From Gemmatimonadota bacterium (GTDB lineage: Bacteria; Gemmatimonadota; Gemmatimonadetes; Gemmatimonadales; Gemmatimonadaceae), in contig JAZJZK010000018.1 of assembly GCA_040389905.1 (NCBI GenBank), forward strand, positions 24,868 through 88,867: a stretch of DNA of 64,000 nt, written 5' to 3'. The first letter of the stretch is position 1; each line of letters starts with the position of its first letter. The translations under genes and the position numbers were made by a program. The notes beneath the pieces are model-generated. The model searched no databases and was not told the DNA's origin. It saw only the letters and a program-made list of their open reading frames with translations. Positions 27,991 through 38,645 of the stretch are shown here, piece after piece.

Positions 27991-28464
27991 CGCGTTGCGG
28001 GCGGCCTGGGAGGAATGTCGGCGCGCCGCGGAAGGCGGACGCCGAGTGAGTAAGAAAGTGCACGAGCGTTACGGACGTCCGCAACGCGCCTACTAAGGAA
28101 TTCTAATGCGCAGTGCACGTGTCTACCCGCGCGTTTCATGCCGCGAGACCTGAGGCGAGGTCGGCTGTGGATTCCAGTAGCTACCCGCGGCAATCCTAAT
28201 GGCTCTGCCGGGACGGACGATGGAAGGGCGGTTGGCGGGATTCTTTGCGGATTCTTTGCGTGCGTTGCACTCGCACGCGCCGATATTTCTCGGCGTCGCT
28301 CGTTCGGACGAGAGGTGGTGGGCCTTTCGGCGGACATCTGGTTGGCGATGTCTTTGGCGGCGCTGGCGTGGCTTGCCTGTAGGAGGTCTGGTTGCGCCAG
28401 TGTTGTCGATCGTCCGTCGCACAGTCCATCGTGCGGCGGACGTTTCGCGTTGCAGGCCCGCCGC

Positions 28465-29793
28465 TCAGGCGCGGTCGCGGTTGGTCCCTTCGTGCCATCG
28501 GCGCTCGTTGGGCGCCCTGAGGCTCAGCAGGCCTGCGCGGAACTGCCGCATCCGTGTGCGCCAGGAGGCAGATGCATTGGTCGGGCGACCATGGGGCGCA
28601 GGCCATACGAGGCGCTGGATACGGTGAAGAAACCCGTCCACACCACGCACCCACATGACTTGGCGCAAGAAGCCGATCTCGTCGATGACGCCCCCGGCTG
28701 GGGTGAGTCGCGCGACGGTATGTCGGGCGGCCCAGGTCGATGCTCGCTCTCCGAGCGCTAGCGCTCGGGGGTCGATCGTGCCGGGAGCGAGGGCCTCGGC
28801 GAGGACAAACGCCGGATAGGTGTAGTGCGCCACACGCAATGACGCCATCTGGGCGAGAATGCCGTCCCAATCGAGCCCATCACGCATCTGCACCGACCTG
28901 ACGATACTCACGATTTCGTAGAGCCGAAGCAGGCGACTCGACCCAAGCTCCGCCGAGCAGTGACACGCCAGCATGATGATGAGCGCATCTGGTTGGAGCA
29001 CACGCATGCGAACACCCGCCAACTCGAATGGCTCTGTCCTGAGGAGTAGTGGGTCGAGCTTGGCGACGGCACCGCGATGGAACACACGAACGAGTGAGGT
29101 ATGGAGTTCCAGTTCCCATTTCGTATACGCATCAGCCACTTCGACCGAGTGGATTGTGTCATCGATCCCGACGGCAATCCACTCCTGCTTGTGCGCCTCG
29201 GTGGGCGTGCCGGAGGGGCGAAACTCCGCCGATCGCAGCGCCTCTTCCGCCGCCTCGCGAAGGCGTTCGTCCACCCAGATATCCACGTCGGCCATTCGTC
29301 GCGCAGCCGGATCCTCGAAGTACGCGCGCGACGTGTGCAGTCCTTTCAGCGCGACCGGTACGACCCCATGTCGGATCAGGGCGTCCAGGGCGGGATGAAG
29401 CTCGCGTTCGATGCGGGCGTTGCGGCGCCGGGAGTGTTCGAGGTGTGCCCGCATCCGCGCCTCGACGGCGGGCTCGGCGGACAGCCGCCCCGTGAGGATC
29501 CAGTGACCGAGGAGCGGACCCATGCCGGTCGTGTGGGCCGCGATCGCCAGCGCGTAGGTCTCGTGGTGGCGCTGGGGATCCATTTGAACGCGCGACATTC
29601 CCCGAAGCATCTCGGCGGTCACCCGCTGAATCTCCTGCGCGGCACGGACTCGGGCCGGCTCGCTCAGTCCAGGCCACAACCATGACGGGTCCTTGCTCGC
29701 ATCGAAGCGTTGGAGACGCCGCGCAAGATCCGCGAGCGCTTCCGGGTCGCACAGTGCAGCATCGTCATCCGGATGCGCGGTCGTGGAGGCCAT
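28465..29793 (-). CDS. Nucleotidyltransferase family protein (NTP_transf_5-like)
   Basis: LKGLH...RRMADVDIWV...ELELH. Confidence 0.85.
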   Translation of the reverse strand: MASTTAHPDDDAALCDPEALADLARRLQRFDASKDPSWLWPGLSEPARVRAAQEIQRVTAEMLRGMSRVQMDPQRHHETYALAIAAHTTGMGPLLGHWILTGRLSAEPAVEARMRAHLEHSRRRNARIERELHPALDALIRHGVVPVALKGLHTSRAYFEDPAARRMADVDIWVDERLREAAEEALRSAEFRPSGTPTEAHKQEWIAVGIDDTIHSVEVADAYTKWELELHTSLVRVFHRGAVAKLDPLLLRTEPFELAGVRMRVLQPDALIIMLACHCSAELGSSRLLRLYEIVSIVRSVQMRDGLDWDGILAQMASLRVAHYTYPAFVLAEALAPGTIDPRALALGERASTWAARHTVARLTPAGGVIDEIGFLRQVMWVRGVDGFLHRIQRLVWPAPHGRPTNASASWRTRMRQFRAGLLSLRAPNERRWHEGTNRDRA

Positions 29794-29875
29794 TGTCAAA
29801 GTTGCACACGCCGTCGTCCGTTCGTAACATGGCGCGTGAACCATATGCATGTACTCCAGTTGGCTCGATGACGGC

Positions 29876-30996
29876 ATGAGAATCGTCATGCTGGGGTTGC
29901 GGGGCCTTCATCCCGATCTCGAAATCGGTGGTTTCGACACGGCGTTTGCGGAGATTGCGCCTCGGCTTGTCGCTCGTGGCCACAGTGTCATCATCTACTG
30001 TCGGGCGAACGCACATTCCCTGGAGCGGCGACCGGCGGAAGAAAACGGGGTGACGCTCGAGTACATGCCCTCGCCGGGAGGGAAGAACTACGCCGCGATC
30101 GTGTCGACGCTGCTCGCCGTGCTGCATGCGTTCACGGCGAAGCGGTACGACGTGTGGTTCTTCGTGAACGTCGGCATGGGGCATCATGCCGCATTGGCGC
30201 GGTTGTCGGGTCGCCCCGTTGTCATGAACGTGGACGGGTTGGATTGGACGCGAGGCAAGTGGGGGCCCATTGCGCGCTTCTACTTTCAGTCGGCCGCGCG
30301 GTCGGCGGTCCGCTTCTGCTCCGCGCTGATCACCGATGCGGTGGCCATGCAGGAGTACTACCGCGAGCGGCTCGGACGCGAAACCGAGATGATCGCCTAC
30401 GGCGCCGAGATCGGCGATTCGCGCTGCGCGGGGAAGATCGCAGCGTTCGGAATTGCGCCGCGCGAGTACCACCTGATCGTCAGTCGGTTCATTCCCGAAA
30501 ACTCGCTCATCGAGATGCTCGAGGGCTTCCGGCAATCGGGGACGTCGAAGCGGCTGGTGGTCGTCGGCAACGCGAGCTACGAAGACTCATATCAGGTTCG
30601 GCTGCGCGAGATCGCGGCGTCCGATGAGCGGATCATCATGGTGGGATTGGTGAAGGATCAATCGGTGCTGCGGGAGCTCTGGTGTAATTGTTCGGTGTAC
30701 ATGCACGGACACTCGGTGGGAGGAACGAACCCGCATTGCTGCGCGCGATGGGGTTTGGAAGCTGCGTGCTTGCACTGGACACGGTGTTCAACCGCGAGGC
30801 GCTCGGCGGATCGGGGCGGTACTTCACGGATTCCGCGGACTTGACCGAGCAACTCGACGAGCTGGAGGAGGACAGCGCGACGGTCAACCGCCTCCGACGT
30901 TGCGCTCAAGCGCGTGCGCGCGCGGAGTACGATTGGGAGCGGGTCACGGACAGGTACGAGCAGCTCTTTGAAACGATGGTCCGCATATCTGAGTAA
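29876..30996 (+). CDS. GT4 glycosyltransferase (DUF1972-type), frameshifted near 30733
   Basis: GGFDT, NVDGLDW.RGKW, RFIPEN, HGHSVGGTNP, then ALLRAMG continues in another frame. Confidence 0.85.
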
Positions 30997-31017
30997 CATC
31001 AGCAGGTCACTTCACGA

Positions 31018-32412
31018 TCATAGATGCGCGCGCGCAGCTCGGCGCGCCGACCAGATCGTCGGGGCTGCGGCCAGGGCAGCGTAGATCATCGTCTGCATGA
31101 TCCATCGGTCCGTCGTGAAGAGAGCGATCAAGAGCGCCGCTCCCTGCACGATCACGGTGCCGGTGAAGGCGACCACGGGTTGGGCCGGAGCGTGAGGGAG
31201 CGACCGTCGCACTACGACGGTGCCGGACGCCAACGTGAGCGCACCCGCCAGCGAGACTGCTCCGGCGACGCTCCAGAGGGGCACGCCGGCGTAGAGTGAT
31301 GCGCCGACCGTGAGTGCCACAAAGGCCACGCCGATCAACTCGACAACGAGCTGTCGACGCACCAGCGCACAGGATTGGAGCGTGCACACGATGACGACGT
31401 GAATCCCAACCCAGAACGGAAGCCCCAGCGTCAGCGACCGGACGATCGGTAGTGCCGAACCATAGAGCGGCAAGGTTCGAGCGACGACGTGCTCGAACAA
31501 TGGCTCCGCGACCAGCGCTGCGCCGAAACCCGCCGCAATCAGATAGAAGAATTCACCGAGAAAGCGTGCTCGGTCCTCGACGGGCCGTCGCGCGGCGTGT
31601 GAAAGCGCGACGCGAGAGACTGCCTGGGTTGCCGAGTTCGCGGCGACGCCCGCGGTCGACGCGAATCCGTAGAGCGCGAAGTCGGTGATGGGGGACGCGA
31701 CACTGACGAGCAGCCGGTCTACCGACTGCGCGAGGACCGCCGCGTAGCTCGCGCCGAGCACAGGAAGTCCAGCACCGACGAGCGTTCCCAGCTTCAACGG
31801 ACTAGCGGGCGCCTCGGCCTCGCGCCGTATCCGAAGAATGCAGGACGCGCCATAGATGGCCGAAATGGCGAAGGAGGCGATGTAGAGCGCCAGAACCTGC
31901 GTGAGTACGTGGGATGAGAAGACGAACAGCCCTGCGACGAAAAGGATGGGCGCGGTGATCATGACTCGTCCGGCGCGCCTGAAGTCCCCCGCGGCCTGCA
32001 GTGCATAGCAACAGAGGGCGACGACATTCGCGAACAGTGCGCACACGACAATGGCGATGAGGAACGTGCGCACGAGCGGGCCGGAAAACGCCGCGAGGGA
32101 GGAAACCGCGACCACGAGGGCGAGCTCGATCGCCAACAGCCAGCGCACCACGCGGCGCCATTCTCGTGCGATCAACCCGGGTGATTCTCCCGCCCAGCGG
32201 AGAAACGCCCCATCGGCCAGTCCGAAGTGCAGGACACCGATCTGCGAGACAAAGGTGAGGAACAGCCGATAGTGTCCATAGGTAGGCACGTCGAGTTGGC
32301 GTGGGATCAGGAACACCTGCACCACGCTGAGGCCCGCCGCACCGAAAATCGCGCCGCCATAACGAAGGAGATCGCGCCGCAAACCGACGCGCGCGACTGT
32401 CGTCTTCGGCAC
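31018..32412 (-). CDS. Wzx-like polysaccharide flippase
   Basis: Many TM segments; YGHYRLF...LHFGLADG; VDRLLVS...FALYGFA. Confidence 0.85.
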   Translation of the reverse strand: MPKTTVARVGLRRDLLRYGGAIFGAAGLSVVQVFLIPRQLDVPTYGHYRLFLTFVSQIGVLHFGLADGAFLRWAGESPGLIAREWRRVVRWLLAIELALVVAVSSLAAFSGPLVRTFLIAIVVCALFANVVALCCYALQAAGDFRRAGRVMITAPILFVAGLFVFSSHVLTQVLALYIASFAISAIYGASCILRIRREAEAPASPLKLGTLVGAGLPVLGASYAAVLAQSVDRLLVSVASPITDFALYGFASTAGVAANSATQAVSRVALSHAARRPVEDRARFLGEFFYLIAAGFGAALVAEPLFEHVVARTLPLYGSALPIVRSLTLGLPFWVGIHVVIVCTLQSCALVRRQLVVELIGVAFVALTVGASLYAGVPLWSVAGAVSLAGALTLASGTVVVRRSLPHAPAQPVVAFTGTVIVQGAALLIALFTTDRWIMQTMIYAALAAAPTIWSARRAARAHL

Positions 32413-32430
32413 TATCTTGGGCTCGCCGAC

Positions 32431-33798
32431 ATGACTGCGCCCTTCCTTGCCCTGCTGTCACTCCTCGCGATCACGGCCACGCTCGCTGCGGTCCGGTGGC
32501 GTCGCGCGCTTTTCATGGCGCTTCCATTTCTCGTGGCCATGAACGGCGTGCCGATCCGCGCTGGTGGACTCTCCATACGACTGGACCAGGTGGCGGCCAG
32601 CTTGCTGTCCATTGCCCTCGCGTGTGAACTCCTCTCCGGCAAGCGGACACTTCGGCTCGACGCAACGACATGGTATCTCGCCGCCATCCTCGCGGTGAAT
32701 GTCGTCGCGAGCGCGTTGCATTCCCCGGCCTTCGGGTACAGCCTCGCGCAGTGCGCGAATCTGGCTTCGGCATGGATCACGTATCCGATCGTCATCATGT
32801 ATCTGGATTCGCCGGAGGAGCTGGAGCTGTTCTTCACACGGTGTATGTGGGCCGGGTTTGCTGCAACCACCGCCGGCGTCGCCGCGTTCGTTCTTGGTGT
32901 CGCGGGTGTTCCGGTCGGCGGCGCGGAAGTCAGCACGCGCGCGGCCGAGTCGTTCGCGGTGCCGTATGGTGCGTTCGGCACGATGGTCGAACCGAACATC
33001 TTCGGGAGCTACGCTGGCGCATATCTCCTGCTGGCGACAGCGATGTTCATGGTGAAGTCAGCGGATGAGACGCCTCGAAGGGAACGACTGCTGTATGCGC
33101 TCGCCTGTTCGTCGGCGCTTGCGCTCGTGGTCTCGTTCACGCGATCCGCGTGGCTCGCGGTGGTGGTCGCCGCGCTCATCGTGCTGGTGCCCTCGGCGCG
33201 ACGTCTTGGCTTTCGCGCGCACCGGCTCATCGCGCCCGCCATCGCCCTGGTCGTTTGCCTCATTGTGCTTCTCCTGCTGCCGGGGGACGCGGGTGCATTT
33301 TTTCGCTTCAAGGCGATGAATCTCGTGAACATCGCTTCTCCAACCGCCGCGACACGTGTGGTCATCTTCGCCCTCGCGCTCCAGCAAAGCGCCGCACATC
33401 CAATCATCGGATGGGGCACGTTCACGTTCGCGGCAATCGTTGCCGAGGGCGCCGATTTCGCCCGCTACGAAGGGTGGCGCAATCTCTGGGTGGGAAACTA
33501 TCTGCTGCTTGCGCTCCATGACACGGGTGTGATCGGCCTCGGTCTGTGGATCGGAATGCTCTCGTCGATCGTCGCTCCGGGGTTCCGCGCCGTTCGGCGG
33601 CTGTCGGAGACCAATCCCGTGCTCGCGCGGCGCGCGCTCGCGCTGCTGGCATCGATCGCCAGCCTCCTCGTCGCCTATCTTTCGACGAGCGCGTTCACGC
33701 TGGCCTTCTTCTGGCTGATCGCCGGAGTCCTTGCCGCGCACGGCCGGCTCGCCAACCGGCTGGCGTCCCCAGCGCCCGCCGTGACAGACTCCGAATGA
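32431..33798 (+). CDS. Wzy polymerase / O-antigen ligase family
   Basis: EPNIFG, SFTRSAWLA, HPIIGWG, DTGVIGL. Confidence 0.85.
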   Translation: MTAPFLALLSLLAITATLAAVRWRRALFMALPFLVAMNGVPIRAGGLSIRLDQVAASLLSIALACELLSGKRTLRLDATTWYLAAILAVNVVASALHSPAFGYSLAQCANLASAWITYPIVIMYLDSPEELELFFTRCMWAGFAATTAGVAAFVLGVAGVPVGGAEVSTRAAESFAVPYGAFGTMVEPNIFGSYAGAYLLLATAMFMVKSADETPRRERLLYALACSSALALVVSFTRSAWLAVVVAALIVLVPSARRLGFRAHRLIAPAIALVVCLIVLLLLPGDAGAFFRFKAMNLVNIASPTAATRVVIFALALQQSAAHPIIGWGTFTFAAIVAEGADFARYEGWRNLWVGNYLLLALHDTGVIGLGLWIGMLSSIVAPGFRAVRRLSETNPVLARRALALLASIASLLVAYLSTSAFTLAFFWLIAGVLAAHGRLANRLASPAPAVTDSE

Positions 33799-34967
33799 TT
33801 CACATGCGCAGCCGCCTCAAGCGCTTGGCTGCGCTGATCGCCGACGGCCTCCTCTCGGCGGTGGGGCCTGCGCTGTGGCCACGGATACCAACGCGCGCAC
33901 TCCCGTCGTCGCCGCGAGTGCTGCTCATTCGCTGCGATCACATCGGCGACGCCGCGATGGCGACCGCCGTCCTGCCGTATCTGCGTGAGGTCCTCGAGCC
34001 GGAAGTGATCGATGTATTGGCCGGCCCGTGGGCGGCGGCACTCTTCGCATCGCGTGCCGAGGTCGATCGGGTCATGAGTTACGCAGCGCCGTGGTGGAGC
34101 AGCGCACGGGGCGCCGGCGTCATCGATCGAGTAAGACAGTGGGTTCGACTGCCGGGCGTCATTCGGCAGATTCGCGCCGGGCGGTACGACGTCGGCATCG
34201 ATCTTCGCGGCGACTTGCGGCAGATCGTCTTCTTCCTCGGCCTCGGAGGAATCCCGATTCGCGCCGGCACCGATCGCACTGGTGGACGGAGCGTGCTGAC
34301 CCACGCGTGGCCCTTCGACGCAGCGCGTCACGATGTCGACAAGAACTTCGCGATGATCGCCATGCTCGCGGGGGCGAGCGAGAAAGCGGCGGTCCGGGTC
34401 CGACGCAACCCGCATGACGTACGTATTCCCGCCGAGCCGCCACCAATGTTGCGAGAACGATTGGCGCAACCGTCTGAGTCGCTGCGCTACATGGTCCTTG
34501 CGATGCGCGGATCGGCACCCAATCGCGCGTGGCCCGCCACGCATGCCGCGATCGTCGCTGATGGCGTCCGCGAGATGGGATTCTCGGTCGTTCTCGTTGG
34601 ATCCGCAGCGGATGCGTCCTTCGCGAAGGAGGTCGGCGATGCAGCACGGCGAAGTGTCATCGACCTGACCGGACGGACCGCGATCAGTGATCTCGATGCC
34701 GTATTCACCGGTGCAACCGCGACGATTGCCGTCGATTCCGGCCCGATGCACTTGGCCTCGGCGGCAGGATGTCCGGTGATCGCGCTCTTTGGGCCCGGCG
34801 ACGCGCGGACGTGTGGGCCGTGGTCAGACCGAACGATGGTATTGCGGAGTGACGTTCCCTGTGTCTGTCGGAATCCGCAGTGTGACTTCACCAGCGGACC
34901 GGGACGCTGCATGCGGTCGATCGAGCCCGAAGCGGTGCTGACCGCCGTCAGGCAGATCGTGCGTTGA
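33795..34967 (+). CDS. GT9 glycosyltransferase
   Basis: DHIGD, DLTGRT, DSGPMHLA, ALFGP. Confidence 0.9.
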   Translation: MIHMRSRLKRLAALIADGLLSAVGPALWPRIPTRALPSSPRVLLIRCDHIGDAAMATAVLPYLREVLEPEVIDVLAGPWAAALFASRAEVDRVMSYAAPWWSSARGAGVIDRVRQWVRLPGVIRQIRAGRYDVGIDLRGDLRQIVFFLGLGGIPIRAGTDRTGGRSVLTHAWPFDAARHDVDKNFAMIAMLAGASEKAAVRVRRNPHDVRIPAEPPPMLRERLAQPSESLRYMVLAMRGSAPNRAWPATHAAIVADGVREMGFSVVLVGSAADASFAKEVGDAARRSVIDLTGRTAISDLDAVFTGATATIAVDSGPMHLASAAGCPVIALFGPGDARTCGPWSDRTMVLRSDVPCVCRNPQCDFTSGPGRCMRSIEPEAVLTAVRQIVR

Positions 34968-35955
34968 CTGCCGGCGTACGCTCGCGATACAGCGCGATCG
35001 CGCAGGCGAGCGCGAATCCCAACATCGCCGCCGCGACCGAGATGACGGCCGTGTATCGGGGCATCGCGGCAACGAGGCCTTCAGGAGGGTCGAGCACCGT
35101 GATCACCGGCGTATTGCGGACCGCTTCGATGCTCGCGAGCTCGTACCGTTGGGCGACCGTGGTATAGATCTGTTGGGCCAGCGAGACGCGGCGTTGCAAC
35201 TCGCTTTCGCGAGTGGCCAAGCGGGGAGAGCGCGAGAAATCGATGTTGGTGGCGCGAAATTCCGCGAGGGCATTCTCGGCGCGGCGGAGCGAATCGAGGG
35301 ATCCGGCGGCACGGGTTGCGGTGAACTCGCGCTCAGCGCCTGCCTGCGTCTGACGACGGCGAAGATTGAAATCGTTGACGAGGTCGAGCAGGCGCCGCGC
35401 AACAAGGGCCGACAAACGGCGATTCTTGGTTTTCACACGAAAGCGGACGACGCCCGTTGGACGATCGACCGTGACCGAGAGGGCTCGCTTCGAAAGACGG
35501 TTCATCGCGTCGATTTCGCGATCTCCCTGTGTCTTGCCGTCGCCATCGAAGTACTCCACCAAGGTGCCGGCAAACGGCTTTCCGTCGTACTCACCCACGC
35601 TGCTCGCATCGAAGCGCGTCGTGACGATGGCGTGGAGCAGCGCATTCGACGTCAGGAGGTCGCCGTAGAACTGCGGGCCGAGCGAGGCACTCCCCGATGC
35701 GATGGCGCTGAGCGCCGGAATGCCGAGCTGGGAGGCAATCGCACTGAGGCTCCCCGCCGTCCCACTCGCCGAACTCGGCTCGGTGGAGAGGAATGCGGCG
35801 CGCGCGGCGAAGTCGCGACGCCGGAGCAGGTTCGCACCCATCGCCGTCAGGCCGAATACGAGGGGAAGGGAGATGATGAGCCGAGCGTGCCGTCGCAAAG
35901 CACGAAGGTAGCCGGACAACAGCGCCGCGCCGTCCCGCGCTTCGTCAACGCTCAT
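34948..35955 (-). CDS. Wzz/GumC-like polysaccharide co-polymerase
   Basis: Two terminal TMs, coiled coil, ITVLDPP; no tyrosine-kinase domain. Confidence 0.8.
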   Translation of the reverse strand: MSVDEARDGAALLSGYLRALRRHARLIISLPLVFGLTAMGANLLRRRDFAARAAFLSTEPSSASGTAGSLSAIASQLGIPALSAIASGSASLGPQFYGDLLTSNALLHAIVTTRFDASSVGEYDGKPFAGTLVEYFDGDGKTQGDREIDAMNRLSKRALSVTVDRPTGVVRFRVKTKNRRLSALVARRLLDLVNDFNLRRRQTQAGAEREFTATRAAGSLDSLRRAENALAEFRATNIDFSRSPRLATRESELQRRVSLAQQIYTTVAQRYELASIEAVRNTPVITVLDPPEGLVAAMPRYTAVISVAAAMLGFALACAIALYRERTPAVNARSA

Positions 35956-38549
35956 GGACGGTACAGGATGGCGACGAGCGTCACGAGGCCGCCGATGATC
36001 TGCGCGATCACTCCGAGACGGGCGATCGTGTCCGGATGCTCTGTGGGATCCTTCTCGGTGACCATCACCGTTGCGCCGGCACGCGGCACCGGCACGTCAT
36101 CAGGCCGAAGTGTTCGTGTAACAAGGCTCTCGACGGTGCCGTCGGGCTGGGTCACGTACGATCGGCTGATTTCGGCGGAGCGACTCGGTCCGCCCGCCGC
36201 GCGTACGTAGTACAGCAGATCCGCGCCGGGGACGTACGCAACGCCACGCGGCGCGTTCACCGCGCCCTGTACCTCGACAATCGCGGTGAACTGTGGAAGA
36301 TGAATGGAATCGCCATCTTGCAGCACGAGATTGTCGCGAAACGTTGCGTCGCGAATAACCTGCGCGAGGTCGATGCCCACGCGCCCGACCCGACCAGTGC
36401 GTCGATAGAAGGCTACGCCATTCGGATATGCACTCTGCGTAAGTCCGCCCGCGCGCGCGAGTAGGTCACTCAGCCGATCCTGTTTTCCCGTGAGCGTGTA
36501 CGTACCGGGATAGCGAACCTCTCCAGTCAGCGCAACGCGGCGCGGCGGGGCCCAATCTGGTTGCGCAAGAATGAGGACGTTGTCGAAAGGACGAAGCATC
36601 ACCTCGGGCCGCGCGGCGAGGGCACGGCTCGGCGTGGAGACGTTATCGCCGCTCAGCGGCATCAGATATGACGAGTCGAGACGCACGCGTACGGTTTCGG
36701 CCAGCCGTCCGCCGTCGCGCGATACTGGAAGGCGCGCGATCTCCGCTTCACCAACGTCCGCACTTTCGGTGAGTCCGCCGGCGAGTAGTATCGCGTCGCG
36801 GATCGTCATGCCTTCGCGAAAAGTGAAACGACCCGGTTTGCGGACGGCACCTGTGATCGCGAGATAGGACACGGGCCGCAGCTCGGTTACGGAAAACACG
36901 CGAATCTCATCGTCTTCGCGGAGGAGGAAGTCGTCGGTGATGCGGCCGCTACTATCGGCGAACGAGGTGCGGAGTTGCACGCGCGTGGAGTCCGAGGCGC
37001 GAAGCCGCGAAACCAACACCTGCCCGAGAAAGGCGTCCGGTTTGATGCCGCCCGCGAGTCGCACGGCATCGGAAAGACGCATGCCGGGCGTGAGTCCCAC
37101 CGACCCTGGACTCCAGACGTTCCCGTTGACGGCAACGCGACGACCCACGCGACTACTGACCGCGAAGACCTGAATCACGTCTCCGGGTTCCATGGGGTAT
37201 GCCGGGCCAAACCCGGAGGTGAATTGGTCGGAAGCAATATCGATGATGACCCTGGCGCGGTCCGTGGTGTCGCGTTGTGCGGGCGGAAGCACGCGAGAGA
37301 TTTGCACGCGTCGCCGCACGGCATTGGCGGTGAACCCGCCAGCGGCGCGGATCGCGTCCGCCAGCGTCTCGCCGCGACGAAGCTCGTACGTCGCAGGCCG
37401 GACCACCTCACCATGCAGCCGCACACGGGGGCCATGCACCGGTACGAAGATCACGTCGCCTGATTGCAGTCGCGGATCGTGCGATGCATCGGCGCGCAAG
37501 AGGTAGTCGTACAGATCGAGGGTATCGACCAACTTGTTGCCGCGCCGAATCTCGACCCTCCGCATGCTGCCCGTGCGCCGCGGTCCACCTGCGGCGTACA
37601 GCGCCGTGAGCGCGGTACCTGCGCTCGACACGCGATAACTCCCGGGTTGGACGACGTCGCCGAGTACGACGACCTGATTCGTGTGGAGGCGTGCGAGGTT
37701 CAGGGAAAAGTGCGTCGTGGCGCCGGCACCGCGGTGAAGCCCGGAGAAGACCCGGCCCAGCCGTGGGTACAGAATGTCCTCGAGCTGGCCGAGTGTGAGG
37801 TTTGCGACAGCGATCTCGCCAACCCCGGGAACGACGATGAAGCCTTCGCGGGTGACGTCGAGTGTGAACGTGCGTTCTGCATCACCCGTGATGATGAGTA
37901 CGATTCGATCGCCGGCACCGAGACGGTAGCTGGCGTCGACTGGCCCGGTGAGATTTGCGTCGAACTGTGTTGTCGCGCCATCGAAGACGTTCGCGCCGAA
38001 GATAGTAAACCCGCTGTCAACAACCGGCCGCCGCGTCGCGGACAGGACGCGCGCTCCCCGAATTGGGCGTCCGAGTGAGTCGACGATGGTCTCTGCGGAG
38101 TCGCTCAAGGTCAGATCGAGAGCAGAATCACGACCAGCAACTGCTGCGTCCGACGCGAGGGGTCGGCGACCCTTCAGCAGCTGGCGCAATTCGGCGGTAT
38201 CGCCCGAGTCGGCAATGCCCAGCGCCGCGATGGCATCGAGCACTTCAACCGACGCCGTGGTGGCGGCCGTCGAGTCACCACCGGTGCGCAGTGGACGGAC
38301 ATAGGCGTCGAGAAGGTTCTCGGGGTACCCGGCGTTCCGCAGCCGTGCGCGAATCTGATCGGGGGTGAGTCCACTCGACGCAAGCTCTCGGCGCACCTGC
38401 GCGACGAGGTCGGGCCGCGTCTCGAGAATGCGCCGCGCCTGATCGGGAGACGGCAGGGGCGTTTGTGCGCCCACGATCGGCGCGGCGAGCACCAGCATCG
38501 AAACGGCAATGACGCGGGCGCGCGCCACCACGCCAGAAAAGCACTTCAT
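35952..38549 (-). CDS. Polysaccharide export protein with multiple SLBB domains (Wza/KpsD-like)
   Basis: YRLGAGD, repeated GEV..PG.Y and LAGG motifs. Confidence 0.9.
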   Translation of the reverse strand: MKCFSGVVARARVIAVSMLVLAAPIVGAQTPLPSPDQARRILETRPDLVAQVRRELASSGLTPDQIRARLRNAGYPENLLDAYVRPLRTGGDSTAATTASVEVLDAIAALGIADSGDTAELRQLLKGRRPLASDAAVAGRDSALDLTLSDSAETIVDSLGRPIRGARVLSATRRPVVDSGFTIFGANVFDGATTQFDANLTGPVDASYRLGAGDRIVLIITGDAERTFTLDVTREGFIVVPGVGEIAVANLTLGQLEDILYPRLGRVFSGLHRGAGATTHFSLNLARLHTNQVVVLGDVVQPGSYRVSSAGTALTALYAAGGPRRTGSMRRVEIRRGNKLVDTLDLYDYLLRADASHDPRLQSGDVIFVPVHGPRVRLHGEVVRPATYELRRGETLADAIRAAGGFTANAVRRRVQISRVLPPAQRDTTDRARVIIDIASDQFTSGFGPAYPMEPGDVIQVFAVSSRVGRRVAVNGNVWSPGSVGLTPGMRLSDAVRLAGGIKPDAFLGQVLVSRLRASDSTRVQLRTSFADSSGRITDDFLLREDDEIRVFSVTELRPVSYLAITGAVRKPGRFTFREGMTIRDAILLAGGLTESADVGEAEIARLPVSRDGGRLAETVRVRLDSSYLMPLSGDNVSTPSRALAARPEVMLRPFDNVLILAQPDWAPPRRVALTGEVRYPGTYTLTGKQDRLSDLLARAGGLTQSAYPNGVAFYRRTGRVGRVGIDLAQVIRDATFRDNLVLQDGDSIHLPQFTAIVEVQGAVNAPRGVAYVPGADLLYYVRAAGGPSRSAEISRSYVTQPDGTVESLVTRTLRPDDVPVPRAGATVMVTEKDPTEHPDTIARLGVIAQIIGGLVTLVAILYRP

Positions 38550-38645
38550 CAGCAAGTGGTTTGGCCATGAGGAAGGAGCACCGTCAATGTACGGCTGCGC
38601 ATGCACCCTCGGCTAGAAACTGCGGATCGGACAAGTCGCGGAGCA

